Shown here: positions 25,713 to 39,135 of the stretch, piece after piece
Layout: each line of letters opens with the position of its first letter
Numbering within the stretch: the first letter of the stretch is position 1
NCBI GenBank assembly: GCA_963924565.1
Contig: OZ004607.1
Coordinates: forward strand, 21,762,001 to 21,826,000
Origin: Ascidiella aspersa
Lineage: Eukaryota
DNA: 64,000 nt
Direction of reading: 5' to 3'
Position numbers and translations under genes: made by a program
The notes under the pieces: generated by a model
The model's database searches: none
What the model was told of the DNA's origin: nothing
What the model saw: only the letters and a program-made list of their open reading frames with translations

Positions 25713-27240
25713 GTCTAGTGGATTTGTATTTCAAAAGCGGTAAAATATTATTATTTTGCTACGTATTTATATATAACTATTACGTATTTATGCTTAGTTT
25801 TTACCTAAATACCGTTACTTAAATTGTTAAGGAAAGTTTTGGGCTATGTAATTGTCTATTAAAGGAGGTTTTTAGGGAGCGGGGTTGGTAAGACTGAAGC
25901 AAATGATTTTTTGCATGGTATTTACAAAACAACATACCAGAAAAGATATCCCTTTGCTAACAAGGTATTCCCTTTGCCCCCTTTTTGCATTTTGTAAATT
26001 CATAGATGGGTGAAGGAAGCAAATTTTCGGCCCATGTCTGATTTTGCTTGCAGAAATAAGTCAGGGAAAAGTACAACTTAATACATACCCTAAAACTAAC
26101 AAACCAAAGTGTAATATATAATATTACAAGAATTAACCTGGCAAATAACCCTATTTATAATGACCCAATTGTTTAACCACCCTTGAAAATAAAGCCCTTT
26201 GAGTGTTCTGCAGGATTTGTGTGAATTAGTGTTGGCAGTTTGCTACCGTTTGTACAATAAAAGTTTATTTTGGGCGGCAAATTAATAGGGTTTCCTTAAT
26301 TGGTTTATTAAGCACTAGATCAAGGGTGGAAAAGTTTTCAGCATGTATGCCACATTCTGAAATTTATGAGTTAAAAAAAAACCCGCATAAAATGAACAAA
26401 GTTTGTTAGATGGATTATTAAAGTTTATTTTTGTCTCTTTACATAAGAGTGGGCTCTGAAAGGCCAAACAATTTTTTTTGAAATAATGGAAACAAATAAA
26501 ATTTCGTTGATTTTTGATATGATTTAATTGATTCTTTGAGGCATCAGCAATACAACAATAAGACCTACAAAACACAACTGAATCAGAAAAATGTATAAAA
26601 TCACAGTATTAACAGTAACACCCACGACACAATAAAGCTAAATACGCAGTAATATCCACGACAGAATCTAAAATCGTAGGCTATTAATAAGACCTAAACC
26701 TCTCGAAATAGCCTAACCTAAGGCCATTAGTGTGCCGTAGGCCGCTTTGGTCGGAAGGTTTGAGCGCTGTAATTTGAACGACGACGCCGCTGTTTAGGCA
26801 CCGGACCCTTTGTCGGTGGTTTGTGTTATGGGCGGGTAATGGGTGAGGTTAGAATCTGGGTATTGAAAGTTTTAGAGGATTTAGTAATGAAGTTAGGGAT
26901 GTGGTTTGTGTTAGGTAAAATGTTGTATTTCTTTTGTTTAAAAAAAAATAAAAATTGAAAAAAACAAATGAAAATTGAGGAGAAAAGCAAGTAAGTTTTA
27001 CCCGACGATCTCCGCGTTTGCAAATGTCAAGTGTTCTTCTTTTTCGGTTAAAATACAGTATCTGTAATCGCACTCAAACTAATTTCAACTAAATACGTAG
27101 GCTACTCGGAAATGGGAGAATTGTTTTGTTTGCAGTATTTTTTTCTCAAACTATACAAGTAGCTGCAGATACAAGAAGTTGAAGCTGGGCAACCTTATGT
27201 TTCATCCTTTCTTTACTTTACTTTTACGTACACTTATAAG

Positions 27241-27677
27241 TAGGGCGATTATTTTTTGACCTAAAAAACAGGAAATTTTGACCTAAATAATTAAAATTTT
27301 GACCAATTTTGACCTGAAAATAATTTATTTTGACAATTTTTGACCTGTTAGAAATGCATTGATTTAAATAACCTAGGCGTCGTTAATCACGCGTTTTTTA
27401 TACTGTATATTGCTCTAATAAAGATGTAATACGGTTAAAATGACTTTGAACATATATTAAAACTGATTTTTTTTTTTTATAAAATGAACGATAAATTTCA
27501 AAATAACTGAACGACCAATTTTAAAAAGCTGACTTCATTTTTTTTTCTATTTTTTAAGCGATTTATGTGCATTTTTGTTCGATTTTGGCTTGAAAAAATT
27601 TTGACAAATTTAGACCTAACGTGTAAATTTTGACACAATTTTGACTTTTTTTGACAAGTCAAAAAATAATCGCCCTA
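27241..27677. mobile_element. hAT MITE with TTTTGAC subterminal repeats
   Basis: 20-bp TIR TAGGGCGATTATTTTTTGAC; perfect TSD CTTATAAG. Confidence 0.92.
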
Positions 27678-28219
27678 CTTATAAGTTATAACCATGCTAA
27701 AACAAACAAACTGTGTAAAACAGACACCTTGTGCTAGTGAACTTAACTTACTGTGACAAAACAATAGATATTGTAAACCAGACAGACTCTATTATGACGT
27801 AGAGTAAAACACTTAAAGCATAGCCTACTTATCGTCTTTCCTACTTATCGTCTTTACTTTATGCCGTATAGATATAGGAAGTAGACGTTCCCGTGAGCCA
27901 AGTGGCTCCCTTAGAGAATAACTGATTTAGACGTTATTTCCATTATTGAGTATTTGTCATATAGTCCTTATTACGAACTATGTTTTATTCCGGCAGGTAA
28001 TTGTTCTAATTTCGGTATTATGGCTGGAATTCGTTACACTGTCAAAAATATTGGGTACTTCATTGAAAAAGTTTTGGGTAGTGCAACACTTTACCCCGAA
28101 GCAGGGCCAAAAAAATTGTGTACCCTTAAAACCTACCCAAGTGGAATTGGGTAGCGTGTATACGTAAAGAAATTTCCTTTTTTTGTTGGGTGAAAAAAAC
28201 ATGCTACCCAATTGGAAGA

Positions 28220-31013
28220 AGATTGTGGTGACGCCATGGTTTTGTTATCTTCATTCACAGACGTACAACCCTGTTGGACCAGTGATGTATTTTGATTGCC
28301 GGTGGAAGGCATTCTAGAGTACTTTTCATGCATGTTCGCATGGAAAACACGATTTTTTCCAATCACATCCAGAACATAATTTCACTGTCCTCGTTTCTCC
28401 ACAACTGTGAATGGACATTTTCACTGGAGAAGAAACTTGTTGTGGTCAGTTGGTAGCAGCAGTAGCGCTTTTTTGTCGACTTCCATCCGTCGTGGTTTGG
28501 GTATCTCTGTTCATACCTCTTGTATCTCTCTCTTGAGCTCTTCTTTGGCCAGCGGTAGAGTCGTCTCAATATTTTTCCTTAGATCGATAACATACTAGTA
28601 GCTTGACCTCGCTTCCGTATCCGTGTGTGGGTTAGTCCACATTTCCTTTAGAATAGACATTGGTCCGCGAACCATCCTCCCGTAAAGTAGTTCGAAGGGT
28701 GAAAATCCCGTTGACTCTTGAGGAACTTCACGATATGCAAACAACAAAGCACAAATATGTTCCATTGTTTTGGTTGATCACAACACAGCCTTATGAGCAT
28801 TTTCTTTAGAGTCCCGTTAAATTTTTCTACCAGTCCGTTACACAAAGTGTGATAGGGACTTGTCATCAGATGCTTATTCATTAGAAGATGGTTCACTTCT
28901 TGCATACACTCCGAAACAAATTGAGTCCCTAAATCGCTTAACACTTCTTCAGGAATTCCTAATCGACTATACATGTCGACCAGTTCCTCTGCCACGGTTT
29001 CAGCTGTTATATTCTTTAGCGCTTTCGCCTCGGGGTATCGCGTTGGATAATCAACCAACGTAAGTATGTATCTGTGTTTGATTGTGTCCCTCTTCACTGG
29101 GAGGATGAATAGGGCCAATGAGATCCACAGCAATTCGTTTAAAAGGAACGTCGATTTGTGGCGCTGTATGCAGACGGACCCTCATCACACTGCCTTTGTC
29201 CACCGTCCTCTGACAAATGTCACCCGTCGACAAAATCGCTTTACGTCGTCACGCATGCCAGACCAAAAGAAGTTCCTTCAAATCTTGTCGAGTGTTGTTT
29301 TAATACCCATATGCCCGGCCATAATGGAATCATGACAACCTTAATAACGCTTTCTTTTAGCTTACTTGGCACAACAAGTTGTTTCATCCATTCTCCTCTG
29401 CTTTGTTTCGGGTGTTGAAACATCAGCAGTCCGTCTTCATTCACAAATGTGGTTACTTGTTCCCCCTGAACCAATACGTCCTCTGCCTCTTTTAGTTTAG
29501 AGATTGACGTTTTTTCTCTCTGTGCCCTTTCGAAACGGCCTTGTCCGTCACAGGCCATTCGTCCCATTTTGGTACCATCAGTAGTTTCTCTTTATCTTTC
29601 TTATGTCTCTTTTGGAAACGCGTTTGGACAGCGTTCGCTTATTCCTACAATAGATCGGGGTCTTCCTCTCCTCTAAAGCCTTGAATGTTTACGATGCACA
29701 CCTCATGCAAAGGATTGGGTAGACATAGAGTCTTTACCTTGCCTGTCCAATATGGTGTATATTGACCTTTATATTTACCACCTCGGCAGACACGACAGAG
29801 CCGTTGGCCAGCTTGAGGAGGCCTGGTCTGTCAATAATTTCGGTGCCTGTTCCTTTAAGTAAGTCGATAACACTTTAGGAGACGGCTTTAAAAATTGCTG
29901 TTTGACGAATAGCTCACTCACACCGCCCGAGACGAAAGTTGCGCCCGATAACTTCACCCACTTCAGCAGGTAATTCTGCAGACGCACCGCAAACTGGGAA
30001 GGCTCTTACCCTTTTCTGGTTTTCAACTCCAAAACTTAATGCGGTATCCTTCTTCGTTTAAATCGTAACGGTTAAGTAAAGCATGCTTAAGCCGATCATA
30101 ATCCACAGAGTCAGCGTCCGAAATTCTTAAGTATGCTCGACCTGTTAGAAGGGCGCTTAGCGTAGTCGCCCACTCTAACTTACCTCATTTGCAGGTTACA
30201 GCAAAGCGTTCGAAGCGTAGCAGATAGTTATCTAAGTCGTCCTTGCCATCGACAAACGTTGGCAGTTTAGGCGCTTTTGCCTTGCTTGTGACTGCTTTCT
30301 CGCGCTGACCAGCATTAACCTCTGAACGCCTACTGTTCAATAATGAGCTTTGCCAAATCGGCTCCAGTCAAACCCATTTGCTTGCCAACTTCAGCAATCT
30401 TTTTCATCTCGTTTTCTTACTTCACCACCAGATAAAACTAGGTCAACAGTCAACAAAATTCAACAGAATAAATCCCGGACGAGCTCCCAATTGTCGCAAA
30501 CCTTTAGGCCAGATATCCTAAAGTTTCTTTTCTGCAGTGTTGTAATGACTTAAGTCATTGACTTGACTTAAGTGCACTTAAGTCACTGTTTTCAAATGAC
30601 TTGACTTCACTTAAGTCCTTTGACCAAAATGACTTGACTTGACTTAAGTCTTTTGGACAAATGACTTGACTTGGACTTGCTCTCATAATGACTTGACTGG
30701 GACTTGACTTGGGCAACCGATGACTTGGACTGGGACTTGACCTGTTATTTTTGCAAAAGACTTGACTTGCACTGAAGTTATTTTTCAAATGACTTGACTT
30801 GGACTTAAGTTATTTCAAAATGACTTGTTTACAACACTGCTTTTCTGTGATGGCAAACCTAAAACCGGCACAGCAAAAACGGCAGATGTTTTCCTTAGTT
30901 AGCTTATGTAAAATCCTTCTCCACGTCTTGCCACAAATTCACATCAAAACAGCAGGTTATTTCAGGTCAACTGGTCGCACCATAAGATATCACAATAGGA
31001 ATATTACGTCACA
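28220..31013 (-). mobile_element. Degenerate Gmr1-like Gypsy relic (5' LTR, PBS, gag, protease remnant, integrase; RT missing)
   Basis: PBS TGGGAGCTCGTCCGGGAT (tRNA-Pro type, 30472-30489) next to LTR end at 30492. Gag KAPKLPTFVDGKDDLDNYLLRFERFA. Integrase (VDLIGP, LSDLGTQF, NGLVEKFNGTLK) follows the protease region directly. Outer limits approximate. Confidence 0.78.
30535..30839. mobile_element. hAT MITE built of GACTT pentamer arrays, inserted in the Gmr1-like LTR
   Basis: TIR CAGTGTTGTAA / TTACAACACTG; perfect TSD CTTTTCTG. Confidence 0.92.
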
Positions 31014-31570
31014 ATGGTCGATGACAGGTGGCAGAGTAATGCAATGTCTGGGATTGTAAAAGTAGTTTTACAGGTATAACGTAATTTGTGGCAATTACTA
31101 TGCGGTTATTGATAACTTCAGATAAACTTATGTATTATATTTATAATACTAGATAGTGATCGGAATGTACATAACATTTATCTGTCTGTTCATTATGTTT
31201 GATTCCTATATTTAATGCCATCATAAATGAACAAAGCGCCTTCTATAGGCATCTATAAGAAGGTACCTGTTCTACATTTGCCCCGTGTTACAGTTGGATA
31301 TAAAGTTTCTTTTCACCCAGTTTTATTAATGTACTCGAAATGATATTTAAACGTGACATGATGACCCCATAAAGGGTGTTCTTAAATGGGTTTCGCACCA
31401 TTTCCCGCATTTAGGAACGGCCATTTTGATATGCGGCGCAACGTTTAAGATAGGTTTAATCGATGTACTCGACATGATATTTAAACCGAAATTTGTTTTT
31501 TTAACAGCCCCCCTTTCTAAACGCACCGAATTCATAACTTAAGAACAGCATTTTAGGGGTCCGTGTAGAG

Positions 31571-32876
31571 CAGGAGTCGGCAACCTTTCGTACTCAGTGT
31601 GCCAGTTAATGAATAATGTCAAAATATTCTCTCGCGTGCCAAACATTTTTCTATGTTTAGTTTTGCATTGGAAATCAGGGCTGCGGAGTTGGTTAAAAAC
31701 AACCCGAGTCCGACTCCGGCCGAATATGCAATTTCATCGAGTCCCGAGTCCGGCTCCAACTCTACAGCCTGTATTTCACCAATTTGTCTAACTTAAACAA
31801 GATGAATATTCCGCAATCCACTTATAGGGCTCATAGAAAATATGCCACCAGCATATGCTATTCCACCTTAGCAATTTACAGTTTGCACCTTAGCAATTTA
31901 CAGTTTTTGCTGAAATTTGGTACTGCGCATGCGCACACGTCCGCCTCGAGACTGACATCTATAGTAATTTAACTATATTTTTTGGAATATACTTCGATGG
32001 TTTTCAGCCGATACCTAGAAGTGTTAACTATTAGTTTCGATTTTAGTTGGTTTCTCAGTCGCACAAAAACGCACGTGCTTAATTTTAATGTAGAACAGTG
32101 CTTACGTTTAACATAGAACAGACCGGTAAAACTTTAAATTAAATTTTGCGGACCGGTTGACCTTCAAAACTTAAAATCAACCCAAAATTTAATTACGACA
32201 AAAGTATCTTTTTCATATCATACGTGGTTCTATTGAAGTTTTTTTAAGTCTGGACTTAAAAGTTTAAGACTTAACGAGTTGTAGCCTAATTTTAAACAGT
32301 TGGGCACAACACTTGCAGGATTGTGGCGTACGATAAAGTCCAAAGTAGTCCATTTCCTCTATGTTACATCACAATGCTGCAAATTACGGAACTGAAGTTT
32401 TAAATTTGATGTACAAGCAGCCTTCAACATCTTGCATTTTGCAATTAAGATATAAGATTGAAACATATATTGCGTACTGGCAGGAAATTTGACGCGGACC
32501 GGCAGTTGAGAACCACTGATGAAGAATACCCTGCTTTAGTTTAACGCAGTAAACTTCACGCCAATTTTGGGGCATTGTGACGTAATACGAACGGTTAGTC
32601 GTAAAACAAAAACAAAAAAAGTTTAACGCTGACAAAAAAATGTTACATACAATAGTTAATTAAAGACATTTATTTGTGACACGAACTGGAAATGTGTGCA
32701 ACTATTTAGTTAGCGCTAGTGTTAGTGGTATAATAATAATGTTAATAATGTGGTAGTGATGTGTTGGTTGTGCTTTCTTAAGGTGATATAACGGCCGCGT
32801 TAAATCGATTGGCGTGCCCTGTAAAATCATCTCGCGTGCCAAAAGTGGCACGCGTGCCAGGGGTTGCCGTCCCCTG
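31571..32876. mobile_element. hAT MITE with nested fragments
   Basis: Ends CAGGAGTCGGCAACC / GGTTGCCGTCCCCTG; perfect TSD GTGTAGAG. Contains a partial copy (from 31677) of the family at 36459-36856. Confidence 0.88.
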
Positions 32877-33483
32877 GTGTAGAGCCCTTATGTGCTTTAA
32901 ATAATCAAACCTTTTGTACCCGACATGCTATTTAAATCTCTGCTAGCTCCCGGACTATAAGCTTTCTTGTGTAATTCCGCAATGGCGTCGTTTATAAATC
33001 GTAGCTTAGAAGTAGATTGGCGATTTTTGTGGCCCACCTAAGCGGACTGTATTGGTTATATTTATTCGCTATTCACTGTTGCTGCCTAAGTTAGAACAGA
33101 CATTTAATAAACGAATTGTTGTTGTTATACACTTTATACATATTAATAGTTTTTTCGTTATATATTTTAGTTTTTTTAAGGTTTTTTTATCGTTATAAAT
33201 GATGTACAAAGTGACGAGGCCTTATAAAACCACGAGTCTTTGTTTCTCGAATACAGCGCTCAATCTGTGGGCTCACTGGTACGTGGTAAAGCTCTTTTAG
33301 CTGGTTCTTGACATTTTAATTGCAACTTTAACTTTTGTTAGGGAAATTTATACAATCTTTTTTATATGATTAAATTTTAAAATATGTTAAACTTCTGTAT
33401 ACCAGGGACAGGGAACCTTTTTATCTAAGGGAGCCAAAAAAGCGGAATACTTTTGGTTATATTTGGATGGGAGTCATTTAACA

Positions 33484-33883
33484 CAGTGTTCTTAAACAGG
33501 TGAATGGTTCACCCCAGGGTGAATAAAATGTTTGCAGGGGTGAGTAAGGGTGAACCGTCAGAAATTGATATACCTCTGCAGTAAATCGACTACTGAACTG
33601 TTGTTTTTGCTGATTGTAATAGTGAAGTTGGTTTGTACTGAGAGTATTAGTACAAACATTTGGTGACAGTGTTTTGTGCTTTTGTAGCTTTATATTTCTG
33701 AACTCGAGAAATTGTAGATTTGCAATGGTAACACTTAGCTTGAGTTAATCTTAACATAAATCGAAACAACCTAAGTCATTTTGTGCTAGACGAGATAGTT
33801 TTCATATCATGAGACAAGGGTGAATGAAATCTATAGATATATGCTAGGGGTAAACAAAACTAAAAAAAGTTTGAAAAGCACTG
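33484..33883. mobile_element. hAT MITE (GGGTGAA motifs)
   Basis: Ends CAGTGTTCTTAAAC / GTTTGAAAAGCACTG; perfect TSD ATTTAACA. Inserted in another MITE remnant starting near 33402. Confidence 0.92.
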
Positions 33884-34444
33884 ATTTAACATGTTTCAAC
33901 ATTTAGTTTATGTTGAAACAAAATCGTGAGTTAAACAGGGCTTTTTTCTGTTCTTATTTAAAAGAATAAACACGAAAAGTACATTTTCTAAGATTAAAAA
34001 ACTTCAATTACAGAATGCCATGATACTATGACCTTTGGAACAATAAGAGATTCCGTCTAACGCACTAACAGACACCAATAGATAAATAGGATTCGCGCGA
34101 AGCGCTGAAAAAATTGCTACTCGTCTTGTTCAAAAAATGAAATGTATAGTTTGGAAAGGGGCCATGGCCGCGAGCAGTTTTATCTACATCATGCTAGAAT
34201 GACAGTTTTCGGGCATAATTCCCTCATTAAAATAAACATTAGGCGTTACCAAACGGCACTGGTGAAGGTTGTCGCGGGGTAAAAAGGTTAAGACGCTCTG
34301 CTCTAATCGAAAACTTTTTGTCATTTCGTTTTCCCGTAAAACCATACACGTCACGGGCAGTGCAACACTTTTATTTTTTATACTGAATATGCATGTCAAA
34401 CTAAAGTAGGTAAAAATGCATTTTTTGCGATAAGTTAAACTAAC

Positions 34445-34587
34445 CTTTAGAAACTGGTTATGATGCAGAAACAAAACTTGTGAGTGACAGGTTCCACTAC
34501 ATGAAGAAACTTCAGTTTTTTTGCTTATACATCCACTGACGTTGAATAGAACTGTTGCACTTTGCAGACCACAACTTTCAACAGTTT
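34445..34587 (-). CDS. Cystine-knot (CTCK) first half: (K)TVESCGLQSATVLFNVSGCISKKTEVSSCSGTCHSQVLFLHHNQFLK
   Basis: Acceptor atttaaag|, donor AAG|GTTAGT. 143 nt, phase 1 to 0. Contains the C-x-G-x-C knot motif. Confidence 0.9.
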
Positions 34588-34690
34588 CTTTAAATATATA
34601 ATACATCTTTATATTACAACTATAACAGTTTACAGGATTAAGCCATGAGTAATTAACAATCAAAAGTTAATAAAAAGGCCATATCCTTAC

Positions 34691-34876
34691 TGCATTGTAC
34701 AGGGCAGCAATCATCGTCAGTGTGATATATGGGAGTTTGGTGTTTATCACAAACCACGTCACATTGCCTAGGCAAGCACGTAGTTCCCTGAACCGGATCT
34801 TCACAAGAGCAAAGTAGGCAGTTACCCTCTTCCCAAGTGGTTCCAACATTGTGAGTTGTCCCGTTGAATTTGCAAG
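34691..34876 (-). CDS. Mucin VWC domain exon: (A)CKFNGTTHNVGTTWEEGNCLLCSCEDPVQGTTCLPRQCDVVCDKHQTPIYHTDDDCCPVQC
   Basis: Acceptor ttattaattcag|, donor A|GTAAGG. 186 nt, phase 1 to 1. Matches the VWC pattern C..NG.....G..W....C..C.C...C....C...C...CCP..C. It is in a different frame from listed ORF 34667..34963. Confidence 0.92.
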
Positions 34877-35940
34877 CTGAATTAATAAAGCAATTGGTTG
34901 TTCTTTATAGTAAATATCAATCTTGGTTGGGAGTTCTACAGTTCCATCTGGTTTTAGCTTCACTAAATGTGGATAAGATTATTTTTCAACTTCATGTATC
35001 TTGTTCAACAAAACATAGCCCTAGACCTGAAGCGTCCAAGATTAAATAATTCGGAAAATATTTTATAACTTCAAGAACCGCGTTTTTAGATGATTTAATG
35101 TCCCTTACAACAAACCCGATTTTCAACTGTAGTTAGCTCAGTGCAAATCTACCCAATTGATAAGTTCTACAACAGTTTAGAATTTGAAATTACCCACGTA
35201 TTTGCAAGCAAGCAGTTTGTGAACCACTATTTGGAAGAACGTTTATGCTTGAACAAGTTTTCTTTTGAATAAATCTTATGCTAGATCACTAATATTTATT
35301 AGTCATATGGAGAAAACTCTTTTCCAGCGTCATTCTATTTTTTTTTCTTTTTACAGCGTCATTCAAGTCGGATATTTTAAGACTTTCATTTAAAAAGGTT
35401 GGACGCCTTTGATCTAGAACAGAGGTCTCCTACCTTTGTGTCGCGACCCCATATGGGGTCGCCTAAACCTTACCTTTTACGGGGTCGCCAACACTCACTA
35501 ATTCTGCAGTTTTAGTGATTTTATTGCGCTTGTGGTTTAAACGAGCGCGATGAGTAGGCTATAATACAAATATTAAAACAAACAAATTATAATCTGGACT
35601 TGAGTATAATTTAAACATATTTAATCGCTTGTATTCAGTTCAATCATTAGGCCAACTTATCTAAAAACAAACTGGGGTCAATTGTAAATGCTGATTTCAC
35701 GAAATAAAATGCATCCAGATATACAGTAAGTTGTCTTAAGTTCCCTAATTGATAGTTTCACGGTATGCACGGCGCCCTTAGGCTGAAAAAAAAGCCCTCA
35801 AAAATATATAATTTACTCAAAATGTATAAACTTACTTGATATACAAATAAGATTTATTACCCGGGGTAAATCAAACGCCTTGTCCTTTTTCAATTTTGGA
35901 TATTAAATCAACTTGTTTAATATTTTACCTTAGCATAATT

Positions 35941-37777
35941 CAGTGGTTCTCAACCTTTTGTGCTCCGTGGCCCCTTTAAAAATCTCTCAACCTTCGTGGC
36001 CCCCTTGATTAAAAAAACAACTAGCATAGTATTTAATGTGTTTTCACTTGTTTTACTATTCCACGTTAATAACCAATACAGTCATTAACGAATTCTAACG
36101 AAAAGCACTTACTTTTCATTAATTTAACAAACCCTGCAGTCATTTTACTTTAAATTAACTTAGTTAGTCATTGCCAAGCTTTTTCTTGTACTCCGCCATT
36201 TTTTCACTCAGTTCTGTTTCGTATTAAGACAAGCGAATGTCATTACATACGTCAAGACGATTTCTGACTTTCGTTTTATGCACGCCTGATCAGAAAGTCT
36301 AGCTTCGCAAAGATAGGTATAGTTGCCAATTAAACGCACATTATGACGGTATTCTTGCTGAGTAGTGGGTACGAATCTCTGATAGACAACAAAAAATGGA
36401 GACATAATTAAACTATTCATAACAAAAATGTTTTATCTGGCGAGTAGGAATCTGCTAGCAGGGCTGCGGAGCCGGATAAAAACAACCCGAGTTCGACTCC
36501 CGAGTTCGACTCCCGAGTCCGACTCCGGCCAAAAAAATACACCCGAATCCGACTCCGGCCAAATGTATGACTTTGTCGAGTCCCGAGTCCAGCTCTGACT
36601 CTACAGCCTGTATTTTACCCATTTACGCAACTAACTTAGAGTGACTCATATTGGTGTCATAATTGATCCACCCACATTACATAGTTTAAAAATATTTCAC
36701 CATTTGCTATTACACTGTTACAACTTACATTTTGCCGCTTTAACAGTTTTAAAATTTGATACTGCGCATGCGCACGTCGGACTCGGGACTCGGGTAGTTT
36801 TACGCGGTCTTACTCGAGTCCCGAGTCCCTCGTCCGACTCCGATTCCGCAGCCCTGCTGCAAAGTAGAATCCAAAGGTATTTTATTTTTCTATAACAAAC
36901 GGTTTCGAATTTAGAGTAACAAATCTAATAATTTTTGAATTCTATTTTGGGGGGTATTATTAACAAAAAAGAAATTAATCGCTAAACTAATGCTAACATA
37001 TGTATATTGTAGTCGAAAAAATAAATAACAAATGATTAAGACTCTAAACAACTGCCAATTAAAGAAATTGTTTAAATTAGAATGCATAACTACACGAAAA
37101 ACTAAACAAGAACCTAAAACGTAATAGAAACACCCCATTGAGTGCAATGCAAAACATTGTAGTGTTTTATTTCTACTTCATTACAAATATGATACGTGAA
37201 TTAGGCAGTCAAGAATATGCTGCCATAATGCGTTACTATTACTTGACAAATACGCTGTGGCGTATTACCTCCCTAAATATTAGCCTAAACTTGACCTTGA
37301 GTAACCCCGTAGCGCAATTTGCGCGTTTTACGATAGAGTGTTTCTTCTGCAACTTAACGCCCTTTAAAAAATGCGAAATCTCTGCAACTGGCATTGAAGG
37401 TTAGTTCATTTGATGGACAGTTAATAATCAGGTGACTGTTATCAGAAAGTTATTGCTCGCCCGAAAAAACACGCCACGCCACGTTATTGGGCTGCACGAA
37501 GCGGATTGTTTCGCCGCAGCGATAGGCGGTGTGAATCTTGCCAATCGCAGATTGACGACTAGGCATAACTTTCCGCGATGAAACAAACAAATTTTATCGG
37601 TTCCACTTACCCGATATAAACGGCTGAATTGAATTCAAAATAAAAAAAAATAAAAATTTGAGTAAGCTGGCAAATTTAAAAAATAATGACCCGTGCTAAG
37701 CGAGTTATGCTCGTGGCCCCCCAATCACAGCTCCGTGGCCCCCCAGGGGGGCCAAGGGCCACGGTTGAGAAACCCTG
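35941..37777. mobile_element. Non-autonomous hAT element in the mucin intron
   Basis: TIR CAGTGGTTCTCAACC / GGTTGAGAAACCCTG, GTGGCCCC subterminal motifs, TSD GCATAATT / GCCTAATT. Confidence 0.85.
36459..36856. mobile_element. MITE with CGACTC/GAGTC repeats, nested in 35941-37777
   Basis: TIR CAGGGCTGCGGA / TCCGCAGCCCTG; imperfect TSD; related partial copy at 31677-31950. Confidence 0.82.
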
Positions 37778-38254
37778 GCCTAATTAATGTTCTTCGCTCT
37801 TTTTACCAAATTCGCCTAAAAATCGTCCTTTACCTTCCAAACTGTAATATTGACTGATCAAAAGCATATTTGTAAAAAAAGGTTGTAAGTTTTACTTATT
37901 GCACCATGCGATCTGGTAACGTGAAAAAGGCGGAAAAACTCACACATATTCGGGTCAGCTTTTGTACCTCTTGGAAGTTAAAGTGCTCTCGAACTAACCT
38001 TTAACCTTTCACGGAGTCAAATGCGTCCGCGGACTCGGGTTTCAGAAACACGGTTATAGAGGAAGAAAAACATAACAATACCACGCAGATTTTCATGGTT
38101 AAACAGAATATTACAAGTTAATTCTAAACCAAAGATAACGCAACTATGATTTTTATGTTTGTTAACTGAAAGCTCAATAAAAATAAGGCTCGATGTCGTT
38201 ATCCGGTCGTTCACCCATAATAAACGTCAACATGCCATAAAAGCTATTTCTTAC

Positions 38255-38405
38255 CGTTTGGAACGCATTTGCAGCATTCGTCTGAGCTGGTTTCATTTAT
38301 AAGAGAAAATCCATCAGGACAAGCAGAAATGCTGCAAAACTTTTTGCAGGTTTCATTGTTGTTCGACAGGTTGCAGTAATAGCACTTGTTTTTAATGACC
38401 AGGTT
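38255..38405 (-). CDS. Mucin VWC-like exon: NLVIKNKCYYCNLSNNNETCKKFCSISACPDGFSLINETSSDECCKCVPN
   Basis: Acceptor ctaatttag|, donor G|GTAAGA. 151 nt, phase 0 to 1. The CxxC...C...CP.G...CCxC spacing is typical of mucin/VWF C-terminal modules. Confidence 0.88.
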
Positions 38406-38939
38406 CTAAATTAGTAATTAAAATAAACTGATTTTAATCAGACTGCAAGATGCCTAATGAAGCCGTGTTCCCTTGGTTGTACGACTGTAGGCCTACGTCA
38501 TAAATGATAATACACAATAAGACCTATTTTTTGGCAACACCATATATAACTCATAAGTTCATAACTTCTTTACTCAAGGCACACCTTTAGTCAGTTAAAC
38601 ATTAATGTAAATGTTAGACGTTATCATTAGGCCCCATAGAAGCAAATTGTTATTACAATGGTAGCGTGATGGTATGGCCGAGCCATGAATTCTTAACTTA
38701 CCACAGGCTATTTGTAACCTGGCCTTGTTTGCATTATTATTCAACAGATTCTATTGAGGCTCCCGGTTTACGGTGATGTGTAATCGTTTTTCAAAAAATA
38801 CAGAAGGGCTAGTTGTACACATATGTGCATGTAGCTTTAGTTGTTATTCATATTGTTTTTAAACAAAACTTTGATGCAAACATGTTGTTGAACTTCCATC
38901 GACGGTGCAAAACCGTTTGGTGGACTTATATAAATTCAC

Positions 38940-39035
38940 CTTTACTGTGGTTGAATGAAAATAAGGAGTACTGTAGTATCTGCAACCAGTGCTTTTGGGA
39001 CAATTTTTTAACCCGTTATGTAAACAACTGACACG
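38940..39035 (-). CDS. Mucin Cys-linker exon: RVSCLHNGLKNCPKSTGCRYYSTPYFHSTTVK
   Basis: Acceptor tttggtttgcag|, donor AAG|GTGAAT. 96 nt, phase 0 to 0. The donor choice is less certain than for the other exons. Confidence 0.65.
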
Positions 39036-39135
39036 CTGCAAACCAAACTACTTATTAAACTCTAAATTTATACTTATTAAACTCTGACCATACTTATTAA
39101 ACTCTGAATTTAGCTCAAATAGGATGTGCACATAC

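Noticed and set aside
34667-34963. 98-aa ORF MKLKPDG...
   Set aside because: Wrong frame; the overlapping frame encodes a canonical VWC domain.
35190-35280. Possible Cys-containing exon
   Set aside because: Phase-incompatible, and overlaps a MITE-terminus-like sequence.
38702-38810. Possible extra mucin exon ending at a strong GTAAGT donor
   Set aside because: All three frames contain stops. The short open version has a weak acceptor and ends in phase 1, incompatible with the next exon.
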